From Schizochytrium sp. TIO01 (taxonomy: Eukaryota; Protista; Bigyra: Labyrinthulomycetes), in contig SMSO01000037.1 in assembly GCA_004764695.1 (NCBI GenBank), positions 348,747 through 412,746 on the forward strand: a stretch of DNA of 64,000 bases, in the 5' to 3' direction. Under the pieces are notes generated by a model. That model ran no database searches. It had not been told where the DNA came from and saw nothing but the letters and a program-made list of their open reading frames with translations. Positions 1 through 13,805 of this stretch are shown here, in pieces (the first letter of the stretch is position 1; each line of letters begins with the position of its first letter). The translations under genes were made by a program, and so were the position numbers.

Positions 1-98
1 CTGCAAGCCTGTCTGTGCCCTTGCTCTGTCTCTTTGTCTTCCTGACCCGACCTTCTTTCGCTCTGGCTGCTGCGCTAAGCGATGCACCTGATTTATTG

Positions 99-132
<34 letters not shown>
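99..132. repeat. (CTG)n trinucleotide microsatellite
   Basis: About 10 CTG copies read directly. Confidence 0.95.
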
Positions 133-600
133 CGCTGTCGTTGTTGGTGTTGTTATTGTTAACGTTGCTTTTAGTATTGTTTTTAAAACTGTGATGTGAT
201 GTTTTCCCTCGGCCGGTTTCTTGAATCAAGTTATTCTGTTCTCAAAAGAATCGTAGAACGGTGGCAAAAGGACAAACAAACACAAAGATACAGGAGAGGC
301 CATTCCCCGACCATACATCGGGGTGTAGATAGGCTAATTACATAAGCGCGGCTAGTTCACTAGCGTCAGCAGACCGAACTCCTAAGCAGGTAAAAGGCCT
401 TTCTTTAGAACAAAGAAAAGAAAAAGAAAACAAGAAGAAGCTTGGCCTCCGACGAGCGAAAGAAACTGAAAAAAGCAAAACCAATAGAAACAGACTCCAC
501 TCGGCACGCACAGAGTATCCTGGTTTCTCCTTCAACCCTACAAGATACACAGACCGAGAGGTGAAGGGGACTTCATCAGGGGGCGTAGCTGTGGAATCTG

Positions 601-755
601 TCTTTCTTTCTCTCTCTCTTTCTTTCTCTCTTTCTTTCTTTCTTTCTTTCTTTCTCTCTTTCTTTCTCTCTTTCTTTCTCTCTTTCTTTCTCTCTTTCTT
701 TCTCTCTTTCTTTCTCTCTTTCTTTCTCTCTTTCTTTCTTTCTTTCTTTCTTTCC
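601..755. repeat. (TTTCTTTCTCTC)n / (TTTC)n polypyrimidine minisatellite
   Basis: Direct reading; source of the spurious ERK-rich and FLS-rich ORFs. Confidence 0.95.
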
Positions 756-1850
756 ACTCACGCCACGAACACAAGCGGAGAGCATGCCCTGTCAGCTCCT
801 TATCTTCGCAGTCAGTCAGCCATCGGTCTGCCGGCCTGCCTGTTTTCCTTCTGTGAGGGCTCTCGAGTCAGTCGGCAGTCAGTCGGTGGGTTGGCCCTCA
901 CGAAACCCTGCCCTCCCGACCAAACCCATGAGCGTGCACTCCCGCACACGTCCCCACTCTTCCTTTCCCTCCCTCTCAGCCCCTCTGGCTCTGCCTTCCC
1001 ATGCTTGCCCTCTCTTTCTTGCTCTCCCTCTGCCTTCGGCGGCCTCTTTTCCACACAGTCCCTCCTGTTTATCTCAAAAGGGCCCCGCAGTAGCATGTAT
1101 GCCGCTGAGAGGGGAGGGAGGGAGGGATGTTAATTAAGTGGCGGCAGAGCACGAGGAGCAAACAGCAACGTCCCTGTATCCGTGTCTCTGTCTGTGTGCC
1201 TTCACTTTTCATCAGCGCAGTACCAGGAATACATCTTTTCTATTATGTATCATTCATTCATTCAGTCATTCATTCAGTCACTCATTCACTCAGTCAGTCA
1301 ATCAATGTCTCTATCTGAGTATAAACTGGTACAGAGAGCGTGGGCGAGTGCAGGATGCGAAAGATCGGCCTCAAACAAACGTACGCGGCGCCGACATCAT
1401 CCTCTGCGGAGTCCACCTGCCACGCACTAAAATGTCGTTTGTAGCTCGCTCGCTCGCTCGCTAGCTAGCTGCAGCGCCTTGCTCCTCTGGTTTCTGTCAT
1501 CTCTGTTTCCATCTACACAATGGTGGTAGGCAGGCATATGTCTAGGAATCCACCTTCTGCTCTGCTGCGGCGCTTTCCCTCCTCTGTCCGGACGAAGGCC
1601 CTCTGCAGTTTATTTTTTCTTTCTCAGATTTCCCCTCCACTAACGTTCGGCGCCTCCCCACAGCGACTCGAAAAAGCTGAGAGGAGGGAGGGAGGGAGAT
1701 CGCGCTAGTAGTAGTAGTAGACGCAAAACCACCAGGACGGCAGTAGCGAGGGAAAGTTTCTTAGTGACTGTAGTTGCTTTAGGACAGTGCTGCTGTTTGG
1801 GTGCTCACTGCCCCTCTCAGCCTTTTGCTCACTCTTTCACTCTACCGCTC

Positions 1851-1910
1851 TGTTTCTCTCTGTTTCTCTCTGTTTCTCTCTGTTTCTCTCTGTTTCTCTC
1901 ACTGTTTCTC
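1851..1910. repeat. (TGTTTCTCTC)x5-6 decamer tandem repeat
   Basis: Five exact copies at 1851-1900 plus a partial copy. Confidence 0.95.
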
Positions 1911-4900
1911 CCTCTACCCCATTGTTCTCTCTTTTTCTCTTTCTTTCTTTCTTTCTGTCTTTCTACTCCTCTCTGCTTCTCTCCCTGCCCCTCCCAGTCA
2001 GTCAGTCAGTCGCTCACTCACTCACTCCTTCACCAGAAGACGCCTCAACAAATACTTATATACAACATATAATTGTTCTGTGAAGTTTATACCCATCAGA
2101 ATAAAAGAAACTTTCGACACAATTCAACTTATTAACACTACAATGATATAATACATTATATTATCTTATATAACATTAGTAATCGTACAACAAATCGATG
2201 AACGAGGATTCTCTACCTATCTACCTACCTACCTACGTACCTACGTACCTACCTAGGTACTGACCTAGCAGCAGCATAAGTTAGAAAGCAAGTAAGCAGG
2301 TACGTCCGTACCAATAAGTTTACCATGCATGCTCCAGAACAAACTCGAAAGAAAAGAAAGCGCGAAGAAGGCGAGAGAAGGCGCGAGGAAGGAGAAGCTA
2401 AGCGCCTTTGCTTTACTTCTTTATTTCTTGGCCACCTCCTGCCTCAATGCCCGGCCGCCTGCCTCTGCCTGTGCAAAGCCACACAGCTGTAGTGCAACTT
2501 CGACTCTGAAGTCTGTCTCTTTGCCTCGGAATATTTCGTGCCCTGATAATCACTAACCTAACTACTTATACAACCTAGACACCCTAGAAGTTAAGCATAC
2601 GAGGCGCCCCGAAGTCCTTAATACTAAGCTTTGTACGGGCTTTGTATTGGGAGGAGTACTGGCGTTATTACAGGCGTATAGGTGCGTCTAGGGGGCGCCT
2701 AGGGTGCCCTCCGCTGCTTTCGGCTTTCTATTGGTAAGAACATCAGTCAGCGTGCTGCCTGCGATAGCTGCTGAGTGCAGCGAGCTGCGGCATCAGCGAG
2801 AGCTCCCCATGGTTTGAGCAAGTCCGCCTTTCGGGCATATCCTAAGCGCCGAATGCGGACCGAGTACTGCGCTCTGCTTTCGGTCTCCGCGTTTTGCTCG
2901 TTTCTTCTGTGAGCTGTGCCTTCCTTGCTCTTGCTGCTCTCGCCTGTCTCAAGGCATCGCGCTGTTGTTATAATTAGGTATAAGGATAGAAGGTATACTA
3001 GTAGTATGGATGATTGACAGAATGAGAATGACGTCAATCAATCAGTCAATGAATGGAAAAGTGAATGGAGTGAAAGAAAGAAAGAAAGAAAGAAAGAAGA
3101 GTTTTTTTGTTTTTTGTTTTTTGTTTTTTTTTTAATTTTAAAACACAGTATACTGAAATACACATATTTGCATAGCGAGTAGCCATTTGCTACGCAGCCA
3201 GAAAGGTGCATCCAATAATATCTTTTGCTTTGTAAAGCCGAATGCTAGAGTTATAAAAAGAAGCAAGGGCGAGATAGTTTCAAGGTTGGAAATAGTCGAA
3301 CCTCGCTGCTTCCTTGTACCAACCTCGCGAGCAAAGCAGTACTAAAGCTAGCTCAGAACGAAAATCAAAGAAATCGTCGCTTTCTTCAACGAGGAGCTCG
3401 TTTTGACTCTCTCTTTCTTTCTTCTCTCTCTTCTCTGAGACGACTCGTAGCTTCTTTCAAAGCCCCTCCTTCTCTTCCAGCTCCTCACTTTCTTCTTCAG
3501 TTTTTGTGTTTGGCTGGGCTCTCTTGCATCTTATTTTGAGCTGAGTTAACACGAGAAAACCTCAAGAAAAAAGCCTGGAGTGGGGCAGGTAGCCAGACAC
3601 TAGGCAGTCCCTAGCGCCTCTATTCACTTTTTCATGAAAGTTGCTATTTCAACTCTTTTTTAAAAATATTAAATTAAATGAAATGTTCCGAAACAGAACA
3701 CTTTATCCTTATCCTCGTATAAATGAACAAATGATATTATGAACTCCCTTAATCTCTCAAGTTATCAAAGTCACCTTTCAAAATATATTATTATCATTAT
3801 TATTATCATCTAAAAATAATAACTCTTTAAAGGTTTATTTTGTCCGCAAATATTGCAGTGTTGAAACAGACATCCTGTCAATCGATTGAAAAACTGATTA
3901 AAAAAAGCAAGGGAGGCTGGACATACAGGCGCTTTGGTCAACCCTTGCGTCCTTGCTTGACGCCCTTTCCAGACCAAATTATTGGTTTCCTCTTCTCTAG
4001 TTTCCCATCGACCTATTCAAGCATTTATTCGCTGATCCTTCCAGTCTGTCCATCCCTCCATCCGTCCTTCCATTGATTGACTAATTAATTGATTAATTAA
4101 ATAATCAATTATTCTAAATCAATTGATTGATTATTTAATTAATTCATCCACCCTCTCCCACTCATCCATCCGTTTGTCATATTTATGCACTCTTTAACAT
4201 GTACATAAAATGCAGTACTAAATAATAATAACTGTTGTATAAAAACTCACACCATATAGATATAAGTTAGTCCCGCGTCTCTCTTTCTGCTCTTGCCGCG
4301 CTTCTCTCTGCCTCTGCCAACGAGCGCTCCTCAACTGTCTACTAGGTGGCACAGCGCCGCTTCTGCACAGAACAGTGAGCGTTGAAGGTTCCATCGCAGG
4401 CGCCTTTGGCCTTGCGGCACAATACCACGCAGTTATTACTTCCAGCGTTGCTTTTCTCTGGGGTAGCAGGCAATTTTATCAGCGAGTTTGCTTTCCCCTC
4501 CGCCTGGGCAAGTAAGAAGCAAGGTAATAACATAAAGTTTTGGTCTCCCATGATAATATGCAAGTATTTGTTTATTTTTTCATTCCCGGAAGATTCTCTC
4601 ATGGGGAGAAAGAGATTGCAGCTATTTTATGAGACTACTATTATGGACTGATTTAAAAATAAAATAAAAAATAAAAGAGAGAGGATAGAGTAGAAAATAC
4701 TTCAGAGGACTTGCCTGTTTACTTCCTATGTAGTGGATGATCATGGGAAATGGGGAGAAGACAGTTGTGGTATCTTCCTTTCGTTCGCGTACTTCTTGTG
4801 TTAATTTTCTCCCTTCCTCAATCAAATCAAAGGGCTTGCAAGTATACGAGAGAGAAGAAAGATGCCCCTCGCGTCCCTTCGGCTTTGAATGCTGTCTGGT

Positions 4901-5007
4901 GGGTGTCCCTTTCCATTCTCAAGCAGCACTTGCCCTCCAGCAGCTGTGTGAGCGCTTTCTTTCTTCTTGTTGTCTTGCTTTTAAGCCTCTATTCAGCTAT
5001 GTAAGTT

Positions 5008-5059
5008 ATGATTGATTGATGTATTGATTGATGTATTGATTGATGTATTGATGTATTGA
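5008..5059. repeat. (ATTGATTGATGT)n 12-mer tandem repeat
   Basis: About four copies read directly. Confidence 0.9.
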
Positions 5060-6129
5060 AACTAGAAACTAGAATCGATTTGATCGAGAAACTAACCGAA
5101 TGACTGCTCTTAGACCATCGATTTGATCACAAACTGCATCACAACGAAGTACCTCAAAGCAAGTGCTACAAAGGAACGGCCGCATGGTGTTTATACCCAC
5201 CTATACACCTATACTGTCTTGTTTATTAGTATCAGGAACAAGGGTGAACACAAAACCTACTGCAGACCCTACGAAGATTGCTCTAATTGGTACGACTGTC
5301 TAGTCGTTCCGATAGACCGTGGTGGCTTTTCTCTGGACATCGCAGCAAAACAGTCACACAGTATTCTGCTACTCTGTGTTCGGTTCCCGTGCCTCAAATC
5401 CCGTGCGGAAATCGAGTGCTTAGCATCGAAGTGGTGCTATCTGCAGACGTGTGCAGTGAAGAGCATCGCGATATTCAACCACCTTGCTTAGGGCGATTGG
5501 TGACAACGACTTTTTGTGAACTGTTCCTGACTGACGCCAATAAAGGGCTGTTTCGAGGAACTGATACAGCTTTCGGCTCCCTCTTTGTATGTATCATTGC
5601 GAGTTTCTTCGCGATGCTTTGAGTTCAACCGGCCTGCCCGAAGGATTGGCTCTGCGGCCAGCTGTTAAACGGGGGCCTTCACTGCATAGGTAGGTACTCG
5701 CTGCAATAAATTTGAAAAGGTGAGTTGTTTTTAATATTCATCTATTTTATTTTATTCTATTATTTTGATTTATCTTATATCTCACTCCGAAGCAAATATT
5801 TGCGAATACCTCCATTTATACTTATGCTTATATTTTGTTTTAGAAACGGTCTTTCTTTTTAAAGACGTGATGCTCCTCAACTCGACCTGAAAAAGAGAAA
5901 AGAAAAGAAAAAGAACGCGAGATGGTGAAATTGAATTCTACAGTGATAACCGGCGGCAGGTTTTATTTTCTCTTTCTCCATCATTCATATTCGAAAACTT
6001 AAACTTAATCTCCAAACTCAGAACACCAGTAAAATGAATAAATATACAAATCCAAAAAATTAATAAAAACAATAATAAACAATACTATAATAGTAGTAGT
6101 AGTAATACTATTACTCATATCAATACTAC

Positions 6130-6180
6130 TACTAGTAATGTTAGTAATAATAATAACAACAGCAACAACAATAGTAACAT

Positions 6181-6254
<74 letters not shown>

Positions 6255-6350
6255 ATAATAATAATAATAATAATAGTAATAATAGTAATAATAGTAATAA
6301 TAGTAATAATAGTAATAATAGTAGCAATAATAATAATAGTAATAAATAAA
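6130..6350. repeat. Compound microsatellite: (TAG)~24, then (TAA)n, then (TAATAATAG)n
   Basis: Pure TAG run at 6181-6252 followed by TAA-containing variants. Confidence 0.95.
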
Positions 6351-6866
6351 CAAATAAATAAGAACAATGAATAAAAGCAACGAATAAAAACAATAAAAAA
6401 CAATAAAAAGGCGGCACTAGGCTTTTTGCCTGCGGTGGTATGGAGAAGCTTGTCTCGTCTGCCAGTGCACGCGTGAATAAGCAAGCCATCCACCCATCCA
6501 TCCATCCATCCATCCATTCAGCCACGCAGCAGAACGCGAGGTCCCCTCCCTCATTTCCCTCTCTTCGCCCCAGCCAACCGACCAGGCCCTCTCCTCCCTC
6601 CCTCCCTCCCCGAGAGCAGCTCCTCCCTCGCCAAGCAAGCAATTAAGCAATTAAGCAATTAAACAAACAAAAGCAAGCGAACTCCTTCTTCTCTCCTTCC
6701 CAGACTCTACTTCCTGCGCTGCGGGCTCTCGTGGGGAACGAGACATTCTCTATTTCGCAGGGGGATCACAGTGTGTCCTTCCTTCCTGGGTTCCCCGTGT
6801 TCCCCTTGGTTTGCGCTGGAGAGAGGAGTTTGATTTGAAGATCAGAGAGCTATTTGCTGAAAGGAA

Positions 6867-6916
6867 GTAAGTAAGCAGTAAGTAAGAAAGTAAGAAAGTA
6901 AGAAAGTAAGAAAGTC
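6867..6916 (+). repeat. Tandem GTAAG / (GTAAGAAA)n array beginning at a 5' splice-site consensus
   Basis: ggaa|gtaagtaagcagtaagtaagaaagtaagaaagtaagaaagtaagaaagtc. Confidence 0.85.
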
Positions 6917-9900
6917 AGGCATTGGCCGGTCTGCCAAACGGCAAGCAAGCTGGTCGGTCGGTTGGCAGGTGCTGCTGCTGTGCTGTGCTGTGCTGTACTG
7001 TGGTGCTGTTGTTTTCGTGGCTGAAGGGATCTCTCTCTCTATCTCTTTGGCTGCTTCGTAGTCGTCCTTCCAGTCTGGTTTGCGCAGAGGTTGGTGCTTA
7101 AGACGAGGGTAGAGTTTGATAGAGGCGAGGTAGGGTAGGTGCTATTGAATCAATGGTTGGTTATTTAGTTATTTCTTTAGTATTTTATTTGGTTATTTAG
7201 TTAGTTAGTTAGTTAGTTCTCTTATCTTTTTTTCTTTTGTTGTCTTGTAAACTGTGATAGCAGTAACAAGAAAATAAAATTAAAATATGTTTGTTTATTT
7301 GTTTTCGAGCGAGAAAGGAGAAAAGGGAAGAAACGAGAGGCACTAGTTAACCTGTGCGGGATTTCTTAGTTAACAGCTGTACACTCCCTCCGCGAGGTTG
7401 CGCAGGAGCGAGTATTGCGCTTCGTCAGGCTCGATCGGGCAGCAGCCTGAGACATGTTATGCTGCGTATTCTGCTGCTTTCAAGTCTTTCAAGTTATTCG
7501 TACTTTTTCTTGCCAGCAGCTCTCCCGCGGTGGTTATCGTAGCAAAGTGGTAGGTGGGTAAGTATTCTCAGCTTTATACATGAAGCAGTGCTTCTATGTA
7601 GAATAAGCTACTAGCTACTAGCTACTAGCTCAATTTCAAGAGTAGCAGTAGTGGGAGTGGCGTGAGATGTATTGCTCCCTCATATTGCAGCAGCGGCAGC
7701 TCGAAGGCATGCAGAGCTGTCATTTGCCTGTGTTCGTGCCTGTGTAAATTGGCTTCTATTCGTTATTTGCTTTCTTGTCACCGTCGCTGTAGGCGCTGCA
7801 TTTGCAGGGGTCACAAGTAAAAGACTGCACGGTAGGTAGGACACCTACTACTATGATTACTACTACGAGGCCAAACAGGAGTTTTATCAATTGCTTCTTT
7901 CTTGTTTTGATTATAATGAGGTTTATGAAAATCCCAAAGAAATGTATTCTTCAAGATGAGAAGGCTTGTTTACAGATAAATTGCCGAAACTTTCCCTTCT
8001 CAGAGATTGTATTTTTGGGTTTGCTGTGTTGCTATGAGTTGTTGTTTCAAGCTGACGAGAATACATCGAATGGGCAGGTTGTCGCTTCTCAATAAGAAAG
8101 GAAAGAACTGAAGTTTTTCTCTTCACTATGATACGCCTACCAACTAGTGTCTGGTGCGACCGGGTATGGGAGAATACAAATTTTATGTTTAATAACCAGC
8201 TTTACTGCTTCTCCTGCTTTAGAAAAGCAAAACAAGTTTGCTAAATCTACAGTTAGGATGCTACTAGTAGCAGCAACCCTCCCTATACAGTTATGAAGAG
8301 CAACTTTTCTTTCACTTTCTCGTGATATTAATTACTTTTTTTGAAAGAAAGCAACTGGTGCTTTGAACAGCATGCGAGCAAAAGCATCAAAGCCCCTACA
8401 GAAGAGTGACGATACATCACCAGCTATATTTCATTAAAATTATATGCCTATAAAATCCTTTCTTCAATTCAGGAGTTACAAAAACAATTAATTGTTTGAA
8501 TAGTATTAAATTCCCCTTCATCATTTACCTATTTCCCTCCGAATCTCACAAATACTTTACTTCTAATAATACATCTCCTTTCTTCCCTTTTCTTTCCTTT
8601 TAATCTATTTAAAATTCAATTTCTATTTTTATTACACGAAGCATATTGAAGAAGCGATTACAAAAATAAAACTGAGTTGCAGCAATCAGCAACACAGATG
8701 TTGAATATTTCCTGTGCTGGTTCTACAAATAACTAGTCTTCTACTCAGCTATGACTCTGCGCTACTGCCGCTGCGTGGAGAGTAGCATGCGGTTTGCGCG
8801 AAATTAGGACAGTGGACTGTAGTGCGACGCGGCAATTTGTGTTCGTTTCGGGCAAAAGAGGTCCAAGGGGGGAAGGTGGGGCAGACTACAAGCCGATTCG
8901 TGCTGAGGAAGTTGATCCCGAATACGTTTTTTATTTTATTTTATTTTATTTTCCTTTTTTTAATTTTTAATTTTGCTTTATTGCTAGCCGAATATTTTAA
9001 GATAGTTTATTCTTTGTTCAGTTTTAAAATGACCTAGCTAGCTATCTACGTAGATATCTATATAGGCTACTAGGTAATCAAGTTTTTTCTTTTTTCTTTT
9101 TTCTCGCGCTCATTGAACTGGTAGAAAGAAATCGAATTTCGATTGATTGATTGATTGATTGAATGACTGATTTGGACTTTTACTTTCTGTTTACCCTACT
9201 ATCTAGTATAAGTATACTAGATAGTCTGAAAAGGGTGTAATAAAGCCTCCCAATCTTGTCGGATATAGGTAAAGCTTGTTGTATGGTCTTCTTTGTAGTT
9301 ATCTAGCTATCCACCACTCGAGCAAATCATGCAGAGGCTGTAATCGCCAGGCTATATACTCAGCAGGGGAGCGCGTATTGCGAGACACGATCTCTCTCTC
9401 TCTGGCTGCGCTGTTGCCACTGATACTTTTAGCCAGCTCTTTTTTTACTCTTTACTCTATTCTCTTATTTTTTTTTTCTTTGTTCTATTTCTTCGAAGCA
9501 GCTGATGTCTTTCAATTCCAATTCCTGGATTTCAACTTTCATAGGTAAGTCTCTTCACGCCTCGGTTGATCGCGCTTCATCCTCCAGCTTTGAAAGCTAT
9601 AGTAGCTAGCTTGTATGAGTATTGTACCTTGGTGACTATCAGGAGTACTTCTGGCAACGGACTGTTCCTTTTGGCTTGCCTCGCGTTCCTTTCAGCACCT
9701 CAAAGCAGTTTCACGGTTGAGACGCCTTTTACTTATTCAATTTTCGTGCAGCTTTATTCTTCTTTCTCCTACTTGACGATGTTTGTCCATCTCAGGGCAC
9801 CATCTAGCTTTGGCTAGACTCCTTCTAAAGCATGGCGAAATAAACTGCTATAAGCAGAACTGACTAAGGTATTTCCCGTGTCTACGTCCAGGCCAGCTAG

Positions 9901-12900
9901 GCATCTTCTAAGCATCTCGGAGGCTTTCGTATAAGCTTCGCGACCTTTGCTTCTTCTTTTCCGCCTTCCCAGCTTGCATTGAAATAGTTGACCTTTTCTC
10001 ACTGCAGCTAATTAGCTTTTCATTCTTCTCGTTGCACTTTTTTCCTTGCAAGAAGTTGAGCCTGCATATTATAATTTGTTTTTCTTCTTCTCAAGTGTAG
10101 TAGCATTCGTAATCAAGACAACATGATGACTTTGTTTGTCATTTTGTTCTGGGATACTCTTAATTGAGAAGAGTGAAGTAAAACAATTCATATGACGGAC
10201 AATAAAGGCGCAAAGAATCAACCCCGACTTAGCCGAATAAAGCCAAAGGGTCTAATCCGATGTATTATGGTGCAGTCTACGGCTATCTGAAAAAACATAT
10301 CATGTTGAGATCTCGCGAAACGACTAAACAATTAATCATGTAAATTATACCTAGTAAACTGCGTTCAGCTGCCTTGAGAGTAAATTTTTATTGTTGAACT
10401 GTTACAAGCTCCTTTCTTCCGGTAGCCTGCTTTTTAGTATTCCTTAGACATTATTCATTTTATTTAAAGAGTCCTGCAACTTGACGGGTCCTCTTGCATC
10501 TCAAGCCGCAGAGGTTCCTACGGTTCCTACAATGATCTAAAGTGAAATGACTTAGCAGCAATCAATTATACAAACCTTCGCACTGCAGGTCAATACACAA
10601 TACCATCGATGGTTTCAATGCCTGAGAAGGCTGAAATGAATCTTCTTTTAATTCGTTCATTTCATTAATAACAATCATAGTCTTTCAAAAAAGAAAGAAA
10701 AAGAATTAGAAGCAAATATGTGTTTAATACAATAGAAAGTTGTGTATCTGCTTAGTAGTTGTATATGCTACACTGTGGTCACACTACCACTATTATAGTA
10801 TATAGTTTTCTTCTTCTCCTTCTTCAATGCTAATTTGTCTTTTTATTAGCATAAACCTTTTAGCATTGACGAGGCTAAATGTTTTTCTATCGTTCACTAA
10901 CTTTGTGAACAAGGTATATATCTTGTTATTTCAAAACACGCTCTTCTGAGCAGCGCATTCTTGCAGAGACTTGATCTATGACAAATGATCCTCTCTTATT
11001 TCTCCAATCAATATGAAGAAGACTTTAGTTAAAAGAAGCAAGCATTCTTTCGCTCGCCCTCAAAAAATACATTGCCAAATCTGGTGCCCCAAATCTCGGA
11101 ACTTCAGAGAGTTATCTCTCGGATATTCATATTTGAGTAGGCCAATGGCTTTTCCAGTCTTAGTGGAGAGTTCTTCTGCTCTATCTGTACACCAACAATG
11201 ACGTCACTTGTTCGAAGAGATCTATCCTCGAAAATGATTAAACTAGTTGCTTACACTAAGTACTTAATAGGTACTTCGAAGTCAATATTTGTCTGTGAAG
11301 AGTGCCACACTAGATAGGGTAGAGTACCTTCTTCTTTGATCATACTCACTACGACTAGGCAGCCGCAGCATCTTTTACAACTCGTCATGCATGGAATAAA
11401 TATTTTCAATATATAGAACTCCGGGCGCGAAATTTGATATTCTAAATCCTTCGGCTTTATAGCAACTCAGATTGCCCCCACTCATTAGTATGATTACTAG
11501 GCCAACTGGCATTGATAATCGAAAAAAAGAAAATGGTCTCCGCATTTTACTTTGTTCTTCTTTTAAAGAAGAAGTGTTATTAAATGGTCTAGTAGAGCCC
11601 TCTCTCCTAGTCAGGAATATAAAAGGTTTATCATTATTATAAAGGTAGTGGACTTTAAAGCAGGATGAAATTTGAGTGCATAGAAAGACCTTTCATTGAA
11701 CAAGAATGAGGCTTGGAAATTCGTGTTATGAGCAGCTTAGACGAGAGCCTTCGGAGGCTCACAAGAACTATATGGCAACGTGCAGCATTTGGGCGAAATC
11801 CTGACTAGCGCAAGCTTGTGAATGCTAGCACTCTGTCCATTAAAACAGCACTTTCCTCCCTCTCAAGATTTAGCTCCACTTAGCTACTAGGCAGGGGCGT
11901 ATATACAACTTTATCTGTAACAGTTGACTCCTATTAAAACAAGTAAGCACTCCTTTTAGAAAATGTTTTTAAATTTGCTAAGATGTTGTTTTCATTCATG
12001 TTTTTTTCTTCTTAAAAAAAAAGAAAATATCAGCCTATTGAGAGGCTCTATAGAACTTGCTATACACTAGCGGTGCCAGTGCTCCTTCTCCTGTCCCTTT
12101 GTTTAATGACCTAAGTTTACTACTACTCTTGAAAGTTGGCTTGCTTGTAAAGCTTACTTGACACCCTCTGTTGCCCGACGAGCATTGTTATTCCCGCCCA
12201 AGCGCGAAGATCTGTTACTACGAAGCCAAGTGTACTCCCTACTGAGAAGTACAAAGCAACAAAAGCAGAAACTATCGCTCTGCTTCAGAATGTGTAAGAC
12301 CTTGACCTTCCTAAATTCGCTAAAGTTCACCACACAGCGACTCGCGAGCATTACACCGAAAGCTAATAGATAACGCACAAGCTCTTTCTCTGGTCGCCCG
12401 AATCGACCCTTGTGAAGGTGATCCCATATTGTGTGACTTCGAATATCGGAATTGAAGGATGATCTGTATAGTGGTGACGAGTTCGAGCAAACCCTCTTCC
12501 CCTATGTTTGTACTGCCTCACTTCTTTTACTGTCTCGTGAAACTTCCAAAGAGCGAAGACTAAGAAGGCAAAGGGCCTGGTCTGTCATCTTTATCATCTC
12601 AATCTGCCTCCACCTTTCGACCTTTTGGCTTTTCCCAATTTGTTCAAAGACCAGAAATCACAGCTCCCTTCAGAAGGCCTAGTGCCTTCATAGGGGAGTA
12701 TCTACAGCTGCACTGCTGCTTTCTTTCAGCAACTTCTTTGCTCCTCATCACTTGCAAAATTGACATGCGCGACTCTTTTTCCAAAAACTATTTCTTTCGT
12801 ACTGTATCATACATAATATATCATTTGTACGCTTTTCTTCTTTTTTAATCATTCCTTCCTTTGTACTTTTTTTTTTTTTCGATCATTTAAATGCAAATAA

Positions 12901-13326
12901 AAACGCTTTTAAACAGAAACCCAAAGGACCAATTTTCTTTTTCATTTGAAAGACTAAAGTAACTAATAACTACTAGAGGCATCATGAGAACCTCATTTAA
13001 AAACTAAACAGCATTCCAAAAACAAATCGAAGAAAACGGAAGTGAAGGGAGGAAGAAAAAAAGAGAGAGAGAGAGAGAGAAGAAAAAATAAGCAAGGAGG
13101 GGCACCCCACAGCTGAAGGCAGGAGAAGCAAAACCAATTGAGCACCCTTCCGACAAACGCACTGAGAGAGCTGCGCGCTGCTTTCCAAAGGTAAATAAGA
13201 CGGAGGCCTTCTGCGCGCCGCCCCAAGAAAAAGGACGCGCAGTGTGCTCTCCCCTCCGCCATTGCCCTCGAGGCGCCTCCGCTGAGCCTTCTTGAGCGCC
13301 TCTGTTCCCTCCCCCCTCCGGCAGCT

Positions 13327-13408
13327 CCACTCTTCGGCGTGCGTGCGTGCGTGCGTGCGTGCCTAGCCGAGCCAGGCCAAGCCAAGCCAGGCTAAGCCAA
13401 GCCAAGCA
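13327..13408. repeat. (GCGT)n followed by (GCCAA/GCCAG)n within a GC-rich promoter-like island
   Basis: Direct reading. Confidence 0.9.
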
Positions 13409-13505
13409 ACGCTACGCCGCACCCGAAAGAGAAGAAGCCTGAGGCTCTGTTCAGACCTTTCGACAGAGCGGAGGCAGCCGAGGAGGAGAGAGTACTCGCA
13501 GGCGA

Positions 13506-13635
13506 GTGAGTGTCTGTTCTTCTTGTTCTCTTTTATCGCTCCACATTGTGCTCATTTTGAGACAAAAGGAACAGCAAGAAGAAAAAGGAGGAGAATCTTT
13601 TGCAAGACTGATACTACTACCACTAGTATTAATAT

Positions 13636-13666
<31 letters not shown>

Positions 13667-13805
13667 GCTAAAAGGAAAGGCCTCTTCAATGGTCCGTCTG
13701 TCTGTCTGTCTTTTGCCGTTTGTATCAGTTGTCTATATCTGTCTCCATTTGCTTCGGTTGTTTCTACTGCTGCTTTTGCTTTTCCTGGACACCTCCGCTC
13801 TGCAG
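13506..13805 (+). other. Candidate first intron of a plus-strand non-coding transcript from the 13.1-13.5 kb GC island
   Basis: CAG|GCGAGTGAGT gives a GC donor at 13502 or a GT donor at 13506; low-complexity interior; pyrimidine tract and CTCTGCAG acceptor at 13805. Confidence 0.35.

Noticed and set aside
338-2151. ERK-rich and FLS-rich ORFs
   Set aside because: They are translations of pyrimidine/purine tandem repeats and are open in several frames on both strands.
2553-2562. CTAACCTAAC as a telomerase RNA template for TTAGG-type telomeres
   Set aside because: A 10-mer of this kind can occur by chance in 64 kb. It also fits a branch point 16 nt before a TAG acceptor, and no Pol III promoter or pseudoknot could be shown.
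6005-6650. Poly-T, poly-L, poly-Y and poly-V ORFs
   Set aside because: Artefacts of the (TAG)n/(TAA)n microsatellite.
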